64,000 nt of DNA, from positions 11,656,001 through 11,720,000 of the forward strand of contig NC_092007.1 of assembly GCF_044704955.1 (NCBI RefSeq), in the 5' to 3' direction. The translations under genes were made by a program, and so were the position numbers. Each line of letters opens with the position of its first letter. The first letter of the stretch is position 1. Origin of the DNA: Pristiophorus japonicus. Taxonomy: Eukaryota. Below, piece after piece: positions 51,325 through 63,325 of the stretch. The notes under the pieces were generated by a model, which was not told the origin of the DNA, ran no database searches, and saw nothing but the letters and a program-made list of their open reading frames with translations.

Positions 51325-52265
51325 TAGAACCAGAGAAAGTTACGGCACGGAAGGAGGCCATTCTGGCCCATCGTGTCTGCGCCGGACGACCAAGAGCTAC
51401 ACAGCCTAATCCCACTTTCCAGCTCTCGGTCCGTCGCCCTGCAGGTTACGGCACTTCAAGTGCACATCCAGGTACTGTTTAAATGTGGTGAGGGTTTCTG
51501 CCTCGACCACCCTTTCAGGCAGTGAGTTCCACCCCAGACCCCCACCGCCCTTTGGGTGAAGACATTTCCACTCAAATCCCCTCTAAACCTCCCCACCAAT
51601 TACTTTCAATCTCTGCCCCCTGGTTGTTGACCCCTCTGCCAATGGGAAACAGGTCCGTCCTATCTTGTTACAGTTATACAGGGTATTGGTGAGGCCACAC
51701 CTGGAATACTGCGTGCAGTTTTGGTTTCCAGATTTAGGAAGGATATACTTGTTTTGGAGGCAGTTCAGAGGAGGTTCACTCGGTTGATCCCAGGAATGAG
51801 GGTGTTGACTTATGAGGAAAGGTTGAGCATGTTGAGCCTCTACTCATTGGAATTCAGAAAAATGAGAGGTGATCTTATCGAAACGTGTACGATTATGAGG
51901 GGGCTTGACACGGTGGATGCAGAGAGGATGTTTTCATTGATGGGGGAGACGAGAACTAGGGGGCATGATCATGGAATAAGGGGCCGCCCATTTAAAACTG
52001 AGATGAGAAGGAATTTCTTCTCTCAGAGGCTTGTAAATCTATGTAATTCGCTGCCTCAGAGAGCTGTGGAAGCTGGGTCATTGAATACATTTAAGGCAGA
52101 GAGAGACAGTTTCTTAACCGATAAGCGGATAAGGGGTTAGGGGGAGCGGGCTGGGAAGTGCACCTGAGTCCATGATCAGATCAGCCATGATCGTATTAAA
52201 TGGTGGAGCAGGCTCGAGGGGCCGAATGGCCGACTCCTGCTCCTATTTCTTATGTTCTTATGTTA
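51325..52265. mobile_element. Two back-to-back CR1 3' ends (51325-51665 minus; 51666-52265 plus)
   Basis: ORF 51721-52140; tails at both outer ends; mirror of 9301-10194. Confidence 0.85.
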
Positions 52266-52419
52266 TCTCCTCGATAAACACGGCGTCTGAGTAGTACATA
52301 GCAACATCCCATAAACAGCAACTGAAATAGGTAAGCGGTGAACCTGGCCATTTTGCTGTTGGTTGAGGGAGAAATGTTGCCGTGGACACCAGGAAAGAGA
52401 GATTCCCATTTTCAGAGCT

Positions 52420-53605
52420 GCTCTCACAGCCTGGGGGTCATGCCAAAGCCCTTGACAGCCAATCAGCTACTTTGGAAGAGTAGTCACTGCTGTATTGTGG
52501 GAAACGCAGGACTCAAATTCGGCTCTGCCTGTTGGCATTGAGATAATGGCCAGATAATCTGTGATTTAGTGATGTTGGTTGGGGAAAACAGATTGGACCC
52601 AGGGAGAAATTCCTCGTCTTCATCCAAAAGTGCCGCAGTTACTTTTACATCAATCTGAGCGGGCAGATGAGACCTTGATTTTAGCGTCTCTTCTGAAAGA
52701 CGGCCCCTCCGACAGTACGGCACCCCCTCAGCACTGCCCCTCCCTCAGTACTGGCCCTCCGACAGTGCAATTCTACCTCAGTACTGCCCCTCCGACAGTG
52801 CGGCGCTCCCTCAGTACTGCCCCTCCGACAGTGCGGCGCTCCCTCAGTACTGCCCCTCTGACAGTGCGCCGCTCCCTCAGTACTGTCCCTCCAACAGTGC
52901 TGCATTCCCTCAGTACAGCCCCTCCGACAGTGCGATGCTCCCTCAGTACCTCCCCTCTGACAGTGCAGCATGCCCTCAGTACTGCCCCTCCGACAGTGCG
53001 GCACTCCCTCAGTACTGCCCCTCCGACAGTGCAGCACTCCCTCAGTACTGCCCCTCTGACAGTGCGGCACTCCCTCAGTACAACCCCTCCGAATGTGCTG
53101 CACTCCCTCAGTACTGCCGCCTCTGACAGTGCGGCACTCCCTCAGTACTGCACCTCTGACAGTGCTGCTTTCCCTCAGTACAGCCCCTTTGAAAGTGCTG
53201 CGCTCCCTCAATACCGCCCCTCCGACAGTGCGGCACTCACTCAGTGCAGCCCGTCCGACACTGCGGCCCTCCCTCAGTACTGCCCTCCGACAGTGCGGCA
53301 CACCGTCAGTACTGCCCTCCGACAGTGGAGCGCTCCCTCATTACTGCCCTCCGACAGTGCGGCACTCCCTCAGTACTGCCCTCCGACATTGCGGCGCTCC
53401 CTCAGTACTGCCCCTCCGACAGTGCAGCACTTCCTCAGTACTGCGCCTCTGACAGTGCGGCGCTCCCTCAGTACTGCCCCTCCGATAGTGCGGCACTCCC
53501 TCGGTACTGTGCCTCCGACAGTGCGGCACTCCCTCAGTACTGCGCCTCCAACAGTGCAGCACTCCCTCAGTACTGCCCCTCCGACAATGTGACACTCCCT
53601 CAGTA
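52420..53605 (-). mobile_element. Deu-SINE body whose core is expanded into a ~900-bp array of 33/32-bp units (52705-53605)
   Basis: SINE 3' part mirrors 8878-9140; array unit cagtactgcccctccgacagtgcggcactccct. Confidence 0.85.
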
Positions 53606-54430
53606 CGCAGGTACAGCGAGTAATCTGGAAGGCAAATGGAATGTTGGCCTTTATTGCAAGGGGGATAGAGTATAAAAGCACGGAAGTCATGCTACAACTG
53701 TCCAGGGTATCGGTGTGGCCACAACTGGAGTACTGCGAACCGTATTGGTCACCGTATTTAAGGAAGGATCTACTTGCATTGGAGGCAGGTCAGCGAAGGT
53801 TCTCTAGATTTTTTCTGGAGATGAAGTGGTTGACTGATGCAGATGGGTTGACCAGGATGGGCTTTTACTCATTGGAATTCAGAAGAATGCGAGGTGATCT
53901 TATTGAAACATATGATATAATAAGTGGGCTCAATAAGTTGAATGCAGAGAGGATATTTCCACAGAATAGGGGAAACTAAAACTAGGAGACATAGTCTCAG
54001 AATAACGGGCCGCCCATTTAAAACTGAGATGAGGAGGAATTTCTTCTCTCAGAGGGTTTTAAATCTATCCACCGAAGGAGATAATTCAGCAGGGGACCAA
54101 AAACATCTTCAAAGAGGTAGGTTTTAGGGACCGTCTTAAATGAGGAATGAGAAAGGCAAAGAGGTTTATGAAGGGAGTTCCAGAGCTTGGGGCCCAGGCA
54201 GCTGAAGGCACGGACACCGATGGTTGAGCGATTATAATCAGCGGGTGCGCACAAAGACAAAAGGAGGAGAGCAAAGATCTCAGAGGGGTGTTGGGGTTGG
54301 AGGGATTACAAAGATAGGGAGGGGTGTAGGGGCTGGAGGAGGTTATCAAGATAGCGAGGGGTGTAGGACTGGAGGAAATTAGAGAGATAGGGAGGGGTGT
54401 CGGTGCTGGAGGAGGTTACAGAGATAGGGA
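53606..54430. mobile_element. CR1 fragment (+, 53606-54068), L2 3' fragment (-) and ~37-bp repeat (54295-54430)
   Basis: ORF 53641-53979; STIGVRAFSCLGPKLWNSL (L2); repeated gagatagggaggggtgtaggggctggaggaggttac. Confidence 0.7.
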
Positions 54431-56823
54431 TGGTTTTCTAGATTAATATGTCAAAGAGCCAACGAGAGGGCAGGCTATCCTAGACTGGGTGATGTGTAAT
54501 GAGAAAGGACTAATTAGCAATCTTATTGTGCGAGGCACCTTAGTGAAGAGTGAACATAATATGGTCGTCTTCTTTATTAAGATGGAGAGTGGCACAGTTA
54601 ATTCAGAGACTATTGTCCTGAACTTAAGGAGAGGTAACTTTGACGGTATGAGACATGAATTGGCTAGAATAGAGTGGCGAGTGATACTTAAAGGGTTGAC
54701 GGTGGATAGGCAATGCCAAACATTTAAAGATCACATGGATGAACTTCAACAATTGTACATCACTGTCTGGAGTAAAAATAAAACAGGGAAGGTGGCTGAA
54801 CCGTGGCTAACAAGGGAAATTAAGGGTAGTGTTAAATCCAAGGAAGAGGCATATAAATTGGCCATAAAAAGCAGCAAACCTTGGAGAATTTTATAATACA
54901 GCAGAGTATGACAAAGGGTTTAATTAGGAGGGTGAAAATGGAGTATGATAGGAAGCTTGCCGGGAACATAAAAACTGACTGCAAAAGCTTGTATAGATAA
55001 TTGAAGCGAAAAAGATTAGTGAAGACAAACGTAGGTCCCTTGCAGTCAGATTCAGGTGAATTCATAATGGGAAACAATGAAATGATGGACCAGTAAAACA
55101 CATACTTTGGTTCTGTCTTCACGAAGGAAGACACAAATAACCTTCCGGAAATATTAAGGGACCGAGGGTCTCGTGAGAAGGAGGAACTGAAGGAAATCAT
55201 TATTAGGTGGGAAATTGTGTTTGGGAAATTGATGGGATTGAAGGCCGATAAATCCCCAGGGCCTGATAGTCTGCATCCCAGAGTACTTAAGGAAGTAGCC
55301 CCATAAATAGTGGATGCATTGGTGATCATTTTCCAACAGTCTATCGACTATGGATTGGTTCCTATTGATGGAGGGTAGCTAATGTAACAACACATTTTAA
55401 GAAGGGAGGGAGAGAGAAGACGGGTAATTATAGACCGGTTAGCCTGACATCAATAGTGTGGAAATTGTTGGAATCAATTATAAAAATGAAATAGCAGGAC
55501 ATTTGGAAAGCAGTGATGGGATTGGTCCAAGTCAGCATGGATTTATGAAAGGGAAATTCTGCTTCACAAAACTTCTAGAATTGTTTGAGGATGTAACTAG
55601 CAGAGTGGACAAGGGAGCACCAGTGGATGTGATGTATTTGGACTTTCACAAGGCTTTTGACAAGGTCCCACACAAGAGATTGGCATGCAAAATTAAAGCA
55701 TATGGTATTGGGGGTGATGTACTGATGTGGATAGAGAACTGGTTGGCAGACAGGAAGCAGAGAGTCGGGATGAACGGGTCCATTTCAGAATGGCAGGCAG
55801 TGACTCGTGGAGTGCCTCAGGGCTCAGTGCTGGGACCCCAGCTACTTACTATATACATTAATTATTTGGATGAGGGAATTGAGTGTAATATCACCATGTT
55901 TGCAGATGACACTAAGCTGGGGGCAGTGTCAACTGTGAGGAGAACCCTAAAAGGCTGCAGGGTGACTTGGACAGGTTTGGTGAGTGGGCAAACGAGTGGC
56001 AGATGCAGTATAATGTGGATAAATGTGAGGTTATCCACTTTGGTGGCAAAAACTCGAGGGCAATATATTATCTGAATGGCGGCAGATTAGGAAAAGGGGA
56101 GGTGCAATGCGCCTTTGGTGTCACGGTACATCAGTCTTTAAAAGTTGATATGCAGGTACAACAGGCAGTGAAGAAGGCAAATGGTATCTTGGCCTTTATA
56201 GTTCGGGGATTTGAGTATAGGAGCAGGGAGGTCTTAGTGCAGTTGTACTGGGCCTCAGTGAGGCCTCACCTGGAATATTGTGTTAAGTTTTGGTCTGCTA
56301 ATCTGAGGAAGGACGTTCTTGCTCTTGAGACAGTGCACCAAATTGATTCCTGGGATGGCAGGACTGACATATGAGGAGAGGCTGGATCGACTGGGCCTGT
56401 ATTCACTGGATTTTAGAAGAATGAGAGGGCATCTCATAGAAACATGTAAAATTCTGATGGGACTGGACAGGTTAGATGCAGGAAGAATGTTCCCGATGTT
56501 GGGGAAGTCCAGAACCAGAGGATATCGTGCAAGGATAATGGGTCAGCTATATAGGACTGAGATGAGGAGAAACTTCTTCACTCAGAGAGTTGTTCAACTG
56601 TGGAATTCCTTACAGCAGAGAGTTGTTGATGCCAGTTCATTGGATATATTCAAGAGGGAGTTAGATATGGCCCTTATGGATAAAGGGATCAAGGGGTATG
56701 GAGAGCAAGCAGGAAAGGGGTACTGAGGTGAATGATCAGCCATGATCTTATTGAAGGTGGTGCAGGCATGAAGGGCCGTATGGCCTACTCCTGCTCCTAT
56801 TTTCTATGTTTCTATGTTTCTAT
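54431..56823 (+). mobile_element. CR1 LINE, long 5'-truncated copy
   Basis: ORFs 54489-54896, 55458-56075, 55967-56374, 56319-56726; tail tttctatgtttctatgtttcta. Confidence 0.93.
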
Positions 56824-57029
56824 AAGTTTGACTGTTGTGGCGAGTTGAGGCTGACACAGACTCTAAAGAGGTTACAGCTCTATTTTGCAGAGACTGGAAG
56901 ATGCCTCGACATTTTCAACTTGTATCTTTTTTCATTTCTAAGCAATATCCAATACATGCTGTGTACGTAAAATTGCATCTGAATACTATCTAAATTTAGG
57001 TATTTAATTGGCTGTTCCAGTTAGATCTC

Positions 57030-58135
57030 CGGTCAATCATAATGCTCCAGGATGTTGTCGGTTGGGGATTCGGTGATGGGAATGACATTGTATGTCAAAG
57101 GGTTGGCGGGGCAGGTGGGAGGTGGGGCGATGGGGGGGGGGGGGGGGTGGTGGAGCTGTTCAAATCTCTTTTTTCGGAAATTGTCATTGCCAGATACTGC
57201 TATGGTGCAAATGTTACTTGCCACTTATCAGATCAATCCTGAATGTCGTCGAGGGCTTGCTGCATGCAGGCATGGATGGCTTCATTTTCTGAGGATTTGC
57301 AAATGGATCTCAACACTTTAATCATCAGGAAACATCCCCACTTCTGACCATATTTTGAAGAGAAGGTCTTTGATGAAGCAGCTTTAGATGGATGGGCCCA
57401 GGACACTGCCCTGAGGAACTCCTGAAACGATGTCCTGAGGCTGAGATGTTTTACCTCCTGCAATCACAATCATCTTCCTTTCTGTTGGTATGACTCCAGC
57501 CAGTGCAGATGTTTTCCCCTGATTCACATTTATTTTAATTCTACTAATGTTACGTGATGCACTTGATGACAAGGGAAGTCAATCTGACCTCACCTCTGGA
57601 CTCAGCTATTTTTGTCCATGTTTGAAACAAGGCTGTAATGTAGTGTGGAGACAAATTACCTTTGCAGAGCTCAAAGTGAGCATCGGTGAGCAAAGGCCCC
57701 TCGATGGCACTGTCGAATACACCTTCCATCAATTTGTTGAAGATTGAGATGTTTGGATTGGTTGTTTGGATTGTTTTTTCCTGCTTTTTGTGGACAGGAC
57801 ATACCTGGGCAGATTTCTACATTGTCGGCTGATGTCAGCATTGAGCTGTACTAGAACAGCTTGGTTAGAGGCGGGCTAGTTTTGCAGAACGGGTCTTCAG
57901 CACTAGAACTGGATTTTGTCGAGCCCAATAGCATTTTGCTCTATCCAGTGTGCTCTGTCATTTCTTGATATCACATGGAATGAATCGAATTGGCTAAAGA
58001 CTGGCTTCTCTTATTATGGTGACCTCCAGATGTGACTGATATGGTTCATCCACAAGGCACTTTTGACTGAAGATGTTTGCTTCCGCCTTGTCCCTTGCGC
58101 TCATGTGCTGGGCTCTGCCATCATTGAGGATTATA
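57030..58135 (-). mobile_element. Old LINE RT fragment
   Basis: [18 protein letters not shown] and KAEANIFSQKC fragments. Confidence 0.7.
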
Positions 58136-58480
58136 TGTCGATTGAACTTTTGTGCTTCAAATTGCAGTAAGTATAGATTCAAATATTACAGCACCCTCTA
58201 TAAGGCATCGCGGACCTCTGTGAACAGAAAAACCAACTGTGTATCTCATTAACCCATCCCATTGAGGGATTGAAGATTGAACAGCACAGATTCTAAAACA
58301 GGAAGTGTAAGTTAGAAAAGTGTCAAATCAGTGATTGAAAGCGAAATAAAGAAATGGAAAAAATATTGAGAGGGAGAACATCGAGCCTCAAAGAACGATA
58401 CATTAATATTTTTTAATGTTTGTTTTAAAAATAATTCCATCAACAACTAAAATCTGAAAGTTTGTGACTCCACTTTCAAC

Positions 58481-58945
58481 AATGTTAATTATCAGTGTCA
58501 GAGAGGTTGTTAATGTTAATTATCAGTGTCAGAGAGGTTGTTAATGTTAATTATCAGTGTCAGAGAGGTTGTTAATGTTAATTATCAGTGTCAGAGAGGT
58601 TGTTAATGTTAATTACCAGTGCCAGAGAGGTTGGTAATGTTAATTATCAGTGCCAGAGAGGTTGTTAATGTTAATTATCAGTGCCAGACAGGTTGTTAAT
58701 GTTAATTATCAGTGCCAGAGAGGTTGTTAATGTTAATTATCAGTGCCAGAGAGGTTGTTAATGGTAATTATCAGTGCCAGAGAGGTTGTTAATGTTAATT
58801 ATCAGTGCCAGAGTGGTTGATAATGTTAATTATCAGTGCCAGAGAGGTTGTTACTGTTAATTATCAGTGCCAGAGAGTTTGTTAATGTTAATTATCAGTG
58901 CCAGGGAGGTTGTTAATGTTAATTATCAGTGCCAGCGAGGTTGTT
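58481..58945. repeat. 31-bp minisatellite, ~15 units
   Basis: Unit aatgttaattatcagtgYcagagaggttgtt; no spacers. Confidence 0.95.
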
Positions 58946-59019
58946 TTGCTGTAATTACATTGAACACGCTTTCAAAAATGTTACTTAGACTGATGTGGAC
59001 AATCCCTAAATCCGATATG

Positions 59020-59880
59020 GACAATAACTAGATTTATGCTGCGAGATATGTCAATGAGAAACATTACTAAAGAACTTTAATGTTGAGAACTGTGAATTGA
59101 TGCATTGTGAAGAAAGAGCGAGGAGAATCGATATAAACTAACAAATCCAATTTTAAAATGGGTGCAGGAACCGAGTGACCTGGGGCTTTAGAGACTCAAA
59201 TCATTGATGGTGGCAGAACGAGCTGATATAGCTGGTCAAACGCATATGGAAAACGTGCTTTGTAAATAGAGAGACAGCATACAAAAGCACTTAGTTTATG
59301 CTAAATCTTTGTAAATGATTGATTCGGGCTCAACTGAAGGTCTTTGTCCAAATCAGGATGCCACAAATGAGGAAGGATATCAACCCCTGGGCGATGGTGC
59401 AGAGGAGCGTTCCGAGTATGTTAGCAGGGAGGAGGGATTTTATTTACGTGGATAGTCTGTAGAAGCTGGGATTATTCTCCTCAGAGCAGGGAAGCATAAA
59501 GGGAGATTAATTAGAGGTGTTAAAACTTATGAGTGATGTTATTAAAATAAATTCGGAGGAGGTATTTCCACAGACAGACAGATCGGTAACCAGAGGACAA
59601 AGATTGATGTAATTTGCAGAAGTGCAGGAGGGTGGATCAGGGGAATGTGTTTACATCGCGAGTTGTTATGAGCTGGAATACACTGCCGCAAAGGGTGCTG
59701 GAACTATATGTGATAGCACCCTTCAAGAGGGAAGTGAATATAAAATTCATACAGAAATCTTTGAAGGGCTATGAGGAAAGAGCAGGGATGTGAGTGTAAC
59801 TGGATAGCTCTGTCAGAAAGTCAGCACAGACACGGTGGCCGAATGGCCTCTTTCTGTGCCGTATCATTGTGTGACTCTAC
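59020..59880 (+). mobile_element. Highly decayed CR1 3' region
   Basis: Residual motifs agaagctgggattattctcc, accagaggacaaagatt, ggccgaatggcctctttctgtgccgta. Confidence 0.65.
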
Positions 59881-60622
59881 AATTCAGTAAGAAGACTATT
59901 TTGGTGCCGTGGCATCTAAATCCAGTTCCTCAATGACGTCACTTTTTCTATCGAACAACACATGTGAAGATAAAAGCATTACCTGAAAAAACAGCTGATA
60001 AATAAAGAGAATATAGCTAAATATGCGACCCGTCACAAGTGAGAAAAATCAGCCTGCAATACAACAGATACCAGGTCTGATTCATTGGTTTTTCTGCAGT
60101 GATATACCTTGTTGACCTGTGACGCAGTAATGCACTTGTTGTGTAAACGATTGAAATAAACTATCAACAGCGCGATTACTTTTGAGTTTTAAGACAAACT
60201 TATTTTCTCCTTACACCTACTGCCTATTCGCCCGCCTTACCTTTCGCCCATAAGGAGCTCCATTACTTGTTGGTGCTTGGCAATCATTCGAACAATTGGG
60301 TGGGTGTCAACACTACATTTCTCAGCATGTCCAGTGAGTGTTCAGTCATATGTGCACCTGTAATTTCCCGGCACAAACCTCTCGCGCTGGTTGAATTTTA
60401 ACAGAACAGGCGGTTTGGGAATCTGAAAGGATCGTGTTAGGTATCAGGGGCTCAAAATACATAAAACCAACACGTAGGATACTGTATGTAAATCATTGTT
60501 TTGGATTGGAGCCGAAATATCACCTCAGAGATGTACTTAGAAACATTAATGTTTTGGAACCCTGCAGAGATGTTATAGCATTCTGCACTATGACAATCAT
60601 TATCTGTTATTTTCAACTTAAG

Positions 60623-61960
60623 ATTTCAACTTTGGTTAGGGATCTTTAAGACAATCTGTTATAGAAAGAATCAGAATGGATGGAAGCGGTATGAATCATC
60701 GTAAACATGTGATACATCATAAAGGAGGTAACACTCTCAAGCGAGCAGTTTACAGGTTTGGCTTCATGGGACCAAAGGCAGAATACGGACAAAAGAGATA
60801 AGATCTGAATTTCAAATAACAACCCTGGGAAAGTGTAACAAATAAAGACATGTGGCCAAAATCTTTAGGGCGGGTTTTTGACAAAAATCGAGACAAAGAA
60901 CCAGAAGTCTTATTGGATATTACGTTTTTATGGAAACATCTATCGGTCAATAGGTATTGTAAATAGCCCATGTCATGTCCATCCCAAACAAGAGAATATC
61001 AGGAGCCTGTTCAAGGTTGCACTCACAAGCGGCATGAGGGGATAGTGAACCAAAAGTGGTACTGGTCGTATACTCTTCGAATGATCCCATGCTTTACCAA
61101 TGAAACCACTAGACAAATAGAAAGAGACTACAAGCTAGAGCACTGCTCAAGTGCACCAGCCGTTTGTCCGATCGGATCGGCATCAACTATCTGTTATTCC
61201 TGTTTAGCTAATGTGTTGTATTCTGTCTTAAACTCTGATTAAACACATATCCACCAGATCGCTTTACAGTCGATCCTGATTTAAAGTGACCAAAGGCAGC
61301 TTTAACTTTGGCTAGTTAGAACAATCCAGCTGTGCATCCTTTCCACCCTGTCCCCTCGATATCAGCCTCGGTTGGCATCAGTGGGAGTAAGGTTACAGGC
61401 GACGTGGAAACCCCGCCTTCATCCGGTTCCGTCAATTTCCCGACTGCCAGTTTAGTTTAAAATTGCCTCCTCCATGAGAGGAAATCAATTTCCTCTCCCT
61501 CCACCCAACGAATTCCAAGCAAGTCTAGAATCTGGAAGATTCCTATACTATGTGCCTGAGCAATTAGCTGTCGAAACGGGCAGATTTATGGAATAGCAAA
61601 AGCAGACTTTAGCTAGTGCATGTGTTGTCCTCTAATCCCTATATCCAATATGACGGGTCTGTGCCGAACTATGATGTACTGGAGCGGATTTTCATTCAAT
61701 ACTGAAAGCCTGGGGAGAGGCCTTGTACTAAGCAGGCACCTGATTATAAATGTTATTTTGAGTTTATTTTGTTTAAAAACTCCAGTAAAAAGTGGAATGT
61801 TACACGTTCCATTCTTCCTCTCAGATTGTTGTTGATGAAGATGCAGACTTTCATTAGTGCCGCCCAATCTTCGTTCCCTATGTCGACACTGAGCAGAAAA
61901 TGACCGGGTGTCATAAGGGATCGTCAAGTATATTCCACAATAGAACATGCAATCAAAGAG
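60623..61960 (+). pseudogene. Putative decayed multi-exon gene of unknown family (exon-like blocks 60623-~61150, 61520-61735, 61825-61960)
   Basis: Pyrimidine-rich acceptors at 60621-22, 61518-19 and 61823-24; donor GAG|GTGAG at 61961; long protein-like frames with scattered stops. Confidence 0.45.
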
Positions 61961-62279
61961 GTGAGGCTGAAGCTCACTGAAAATTGGGCTTCAGCTTTCT
62001 AAGCTTGTATCTGCAAGCTTCAGATGGCAAACTTCCGATGCAGCTCCTTCGTCGAGACACAGGATAATTCGGTTGGCACCGACAGCGAGCCAGCCATTGG
62101 AACAGGGAGGAAGGCAAAAGGTTAGAGCGTGAGCCCATTCCTGCACCATCTGACTCCACATTAAGGCAAGTTAAAAACTGTTTTACTTACCTTCTGTTGG
62201 TGGCCTCCCTAGGTGCCTGTAAGGACCATTACAGACAGAGGCATTAGGAATTATAAGTGGAATTAATGAAATGACAGCG

Positions 62280-63325
62280 ACATGAAACAAATATTTCCAA
62301 CTGTCTTGAAAGAGAAGGCATACATACATTCTAGAAATAGTGGAGAACTAAGGGTCGAGTGCAGATTCCTCTATAACAGAATGGAAAGTGACAAATATAA
62401 TGCGCCAGTCAAGAAAGGAGGAAAAGAGAAAACATGGAACTGTACACCAGTTAGCCTCAGATCAGTAGGAGGGGAAATGTTAATCAAATAATCTATTACT
62501 GGGGAATTGGTAACAGGGCATTCACAAATCATGATATGATTAGGCAGAGTAAACATTTTTTGATGAAAGTCAACTCATGGTTAATAAAATCTAATCGAGT
62601 TTGTGAGGTTGTAACTAGCAGGGTAGATAAGGGGAAAGAGTGCATGTATTGCAATTGGATTTTCAAAACGCTTTTGATAAATTGCCACACAAGAGGATAT
62701 TATGCAACATTATCCGTTTTGTAATAGGGGGTAATCTACTTGCATGTATTGAGTTTTGCTTAACGGAAATAAGACTCATGATAGGAATAAAAGGCTTTTC
62801 AAAAATGTTGGCAGGCTGTAATGAGTGGGATACCGCAGGGATCAGTGCATGGGCTGCAGGTATTTATAATCTACATCAATGGTTTACATTAGGGGAACGA
62901 ATGTAACAAATTCAAATTTGCTGACGAGTCAAAACTAGGTGGGAAACTAAGTTGTGAGGAGATGCAATGTGACTGCAAATAGATATAGACAATTTAAGTG
63001 AGTGCGCAATGAAAGGCCAAATGGAAAATAATCTGACTTAAATGTGAACTTGTGCACTTTGGTAGGAATAAGAGAAAAACAGAACATTTTATAAATGGTA
63101 AGAGATTGCGATATATTGTTATATAGAGCAACCTGAGAGTCCTTATACACGAATCACACAAAGTTAACATGCAGGTACAGCAAGCAATTACGAAAGAAAA
63201 CAGTATGGCAGCCGTCATTACAAAACGATTGGTGAATAAAGTAAAGATTTTTTGTTGCGATTTTGTAACTTCTTGGTGGGAATATACGTGGAGTAATTTG
63301 TACAGTTTAGGTATCCTTACGTAAT
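62280..63325 (+). mobile_element. Decayed CR1 RT fragment
   Basis: LDFQNAFDKLPHKR and KKGGKEKTWNCTPVSLRSV. Confidence 0.75.

Larger units (their letters stand above)
32779..52686 (-). repeat. Right arm of inverted segmental duplication (partner 8878-24403)
   Basis: Outer end gaccttgattttagcg (52671-52686) mirrors cgctaaaatcaaggtc (8878-8893); inner end gatggtgcagctggcgg mirrors ccgccagctgcaccatc (24387-24403). Confidence 0.95.

Noticed and set aside
52579-53690. 337-aa STAPPTVRRSL mucin-like ORF and overlapping ORFs
   Set aside because: 33-bp SINE-derived minisatellite open in several frames on both strands
58481-58945. 31-bp direct repeats resembling a CRISPR array (likewise the 33-bp arrays)
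   Set aside because: Head-to-tail units with no unique spacers, no cas genes, vertebrate context
59983-60053. Minus-strand 71-bp exon-like segment with good AG/GT sites
   Set aside because: Stops in all three frames and no partner exons found
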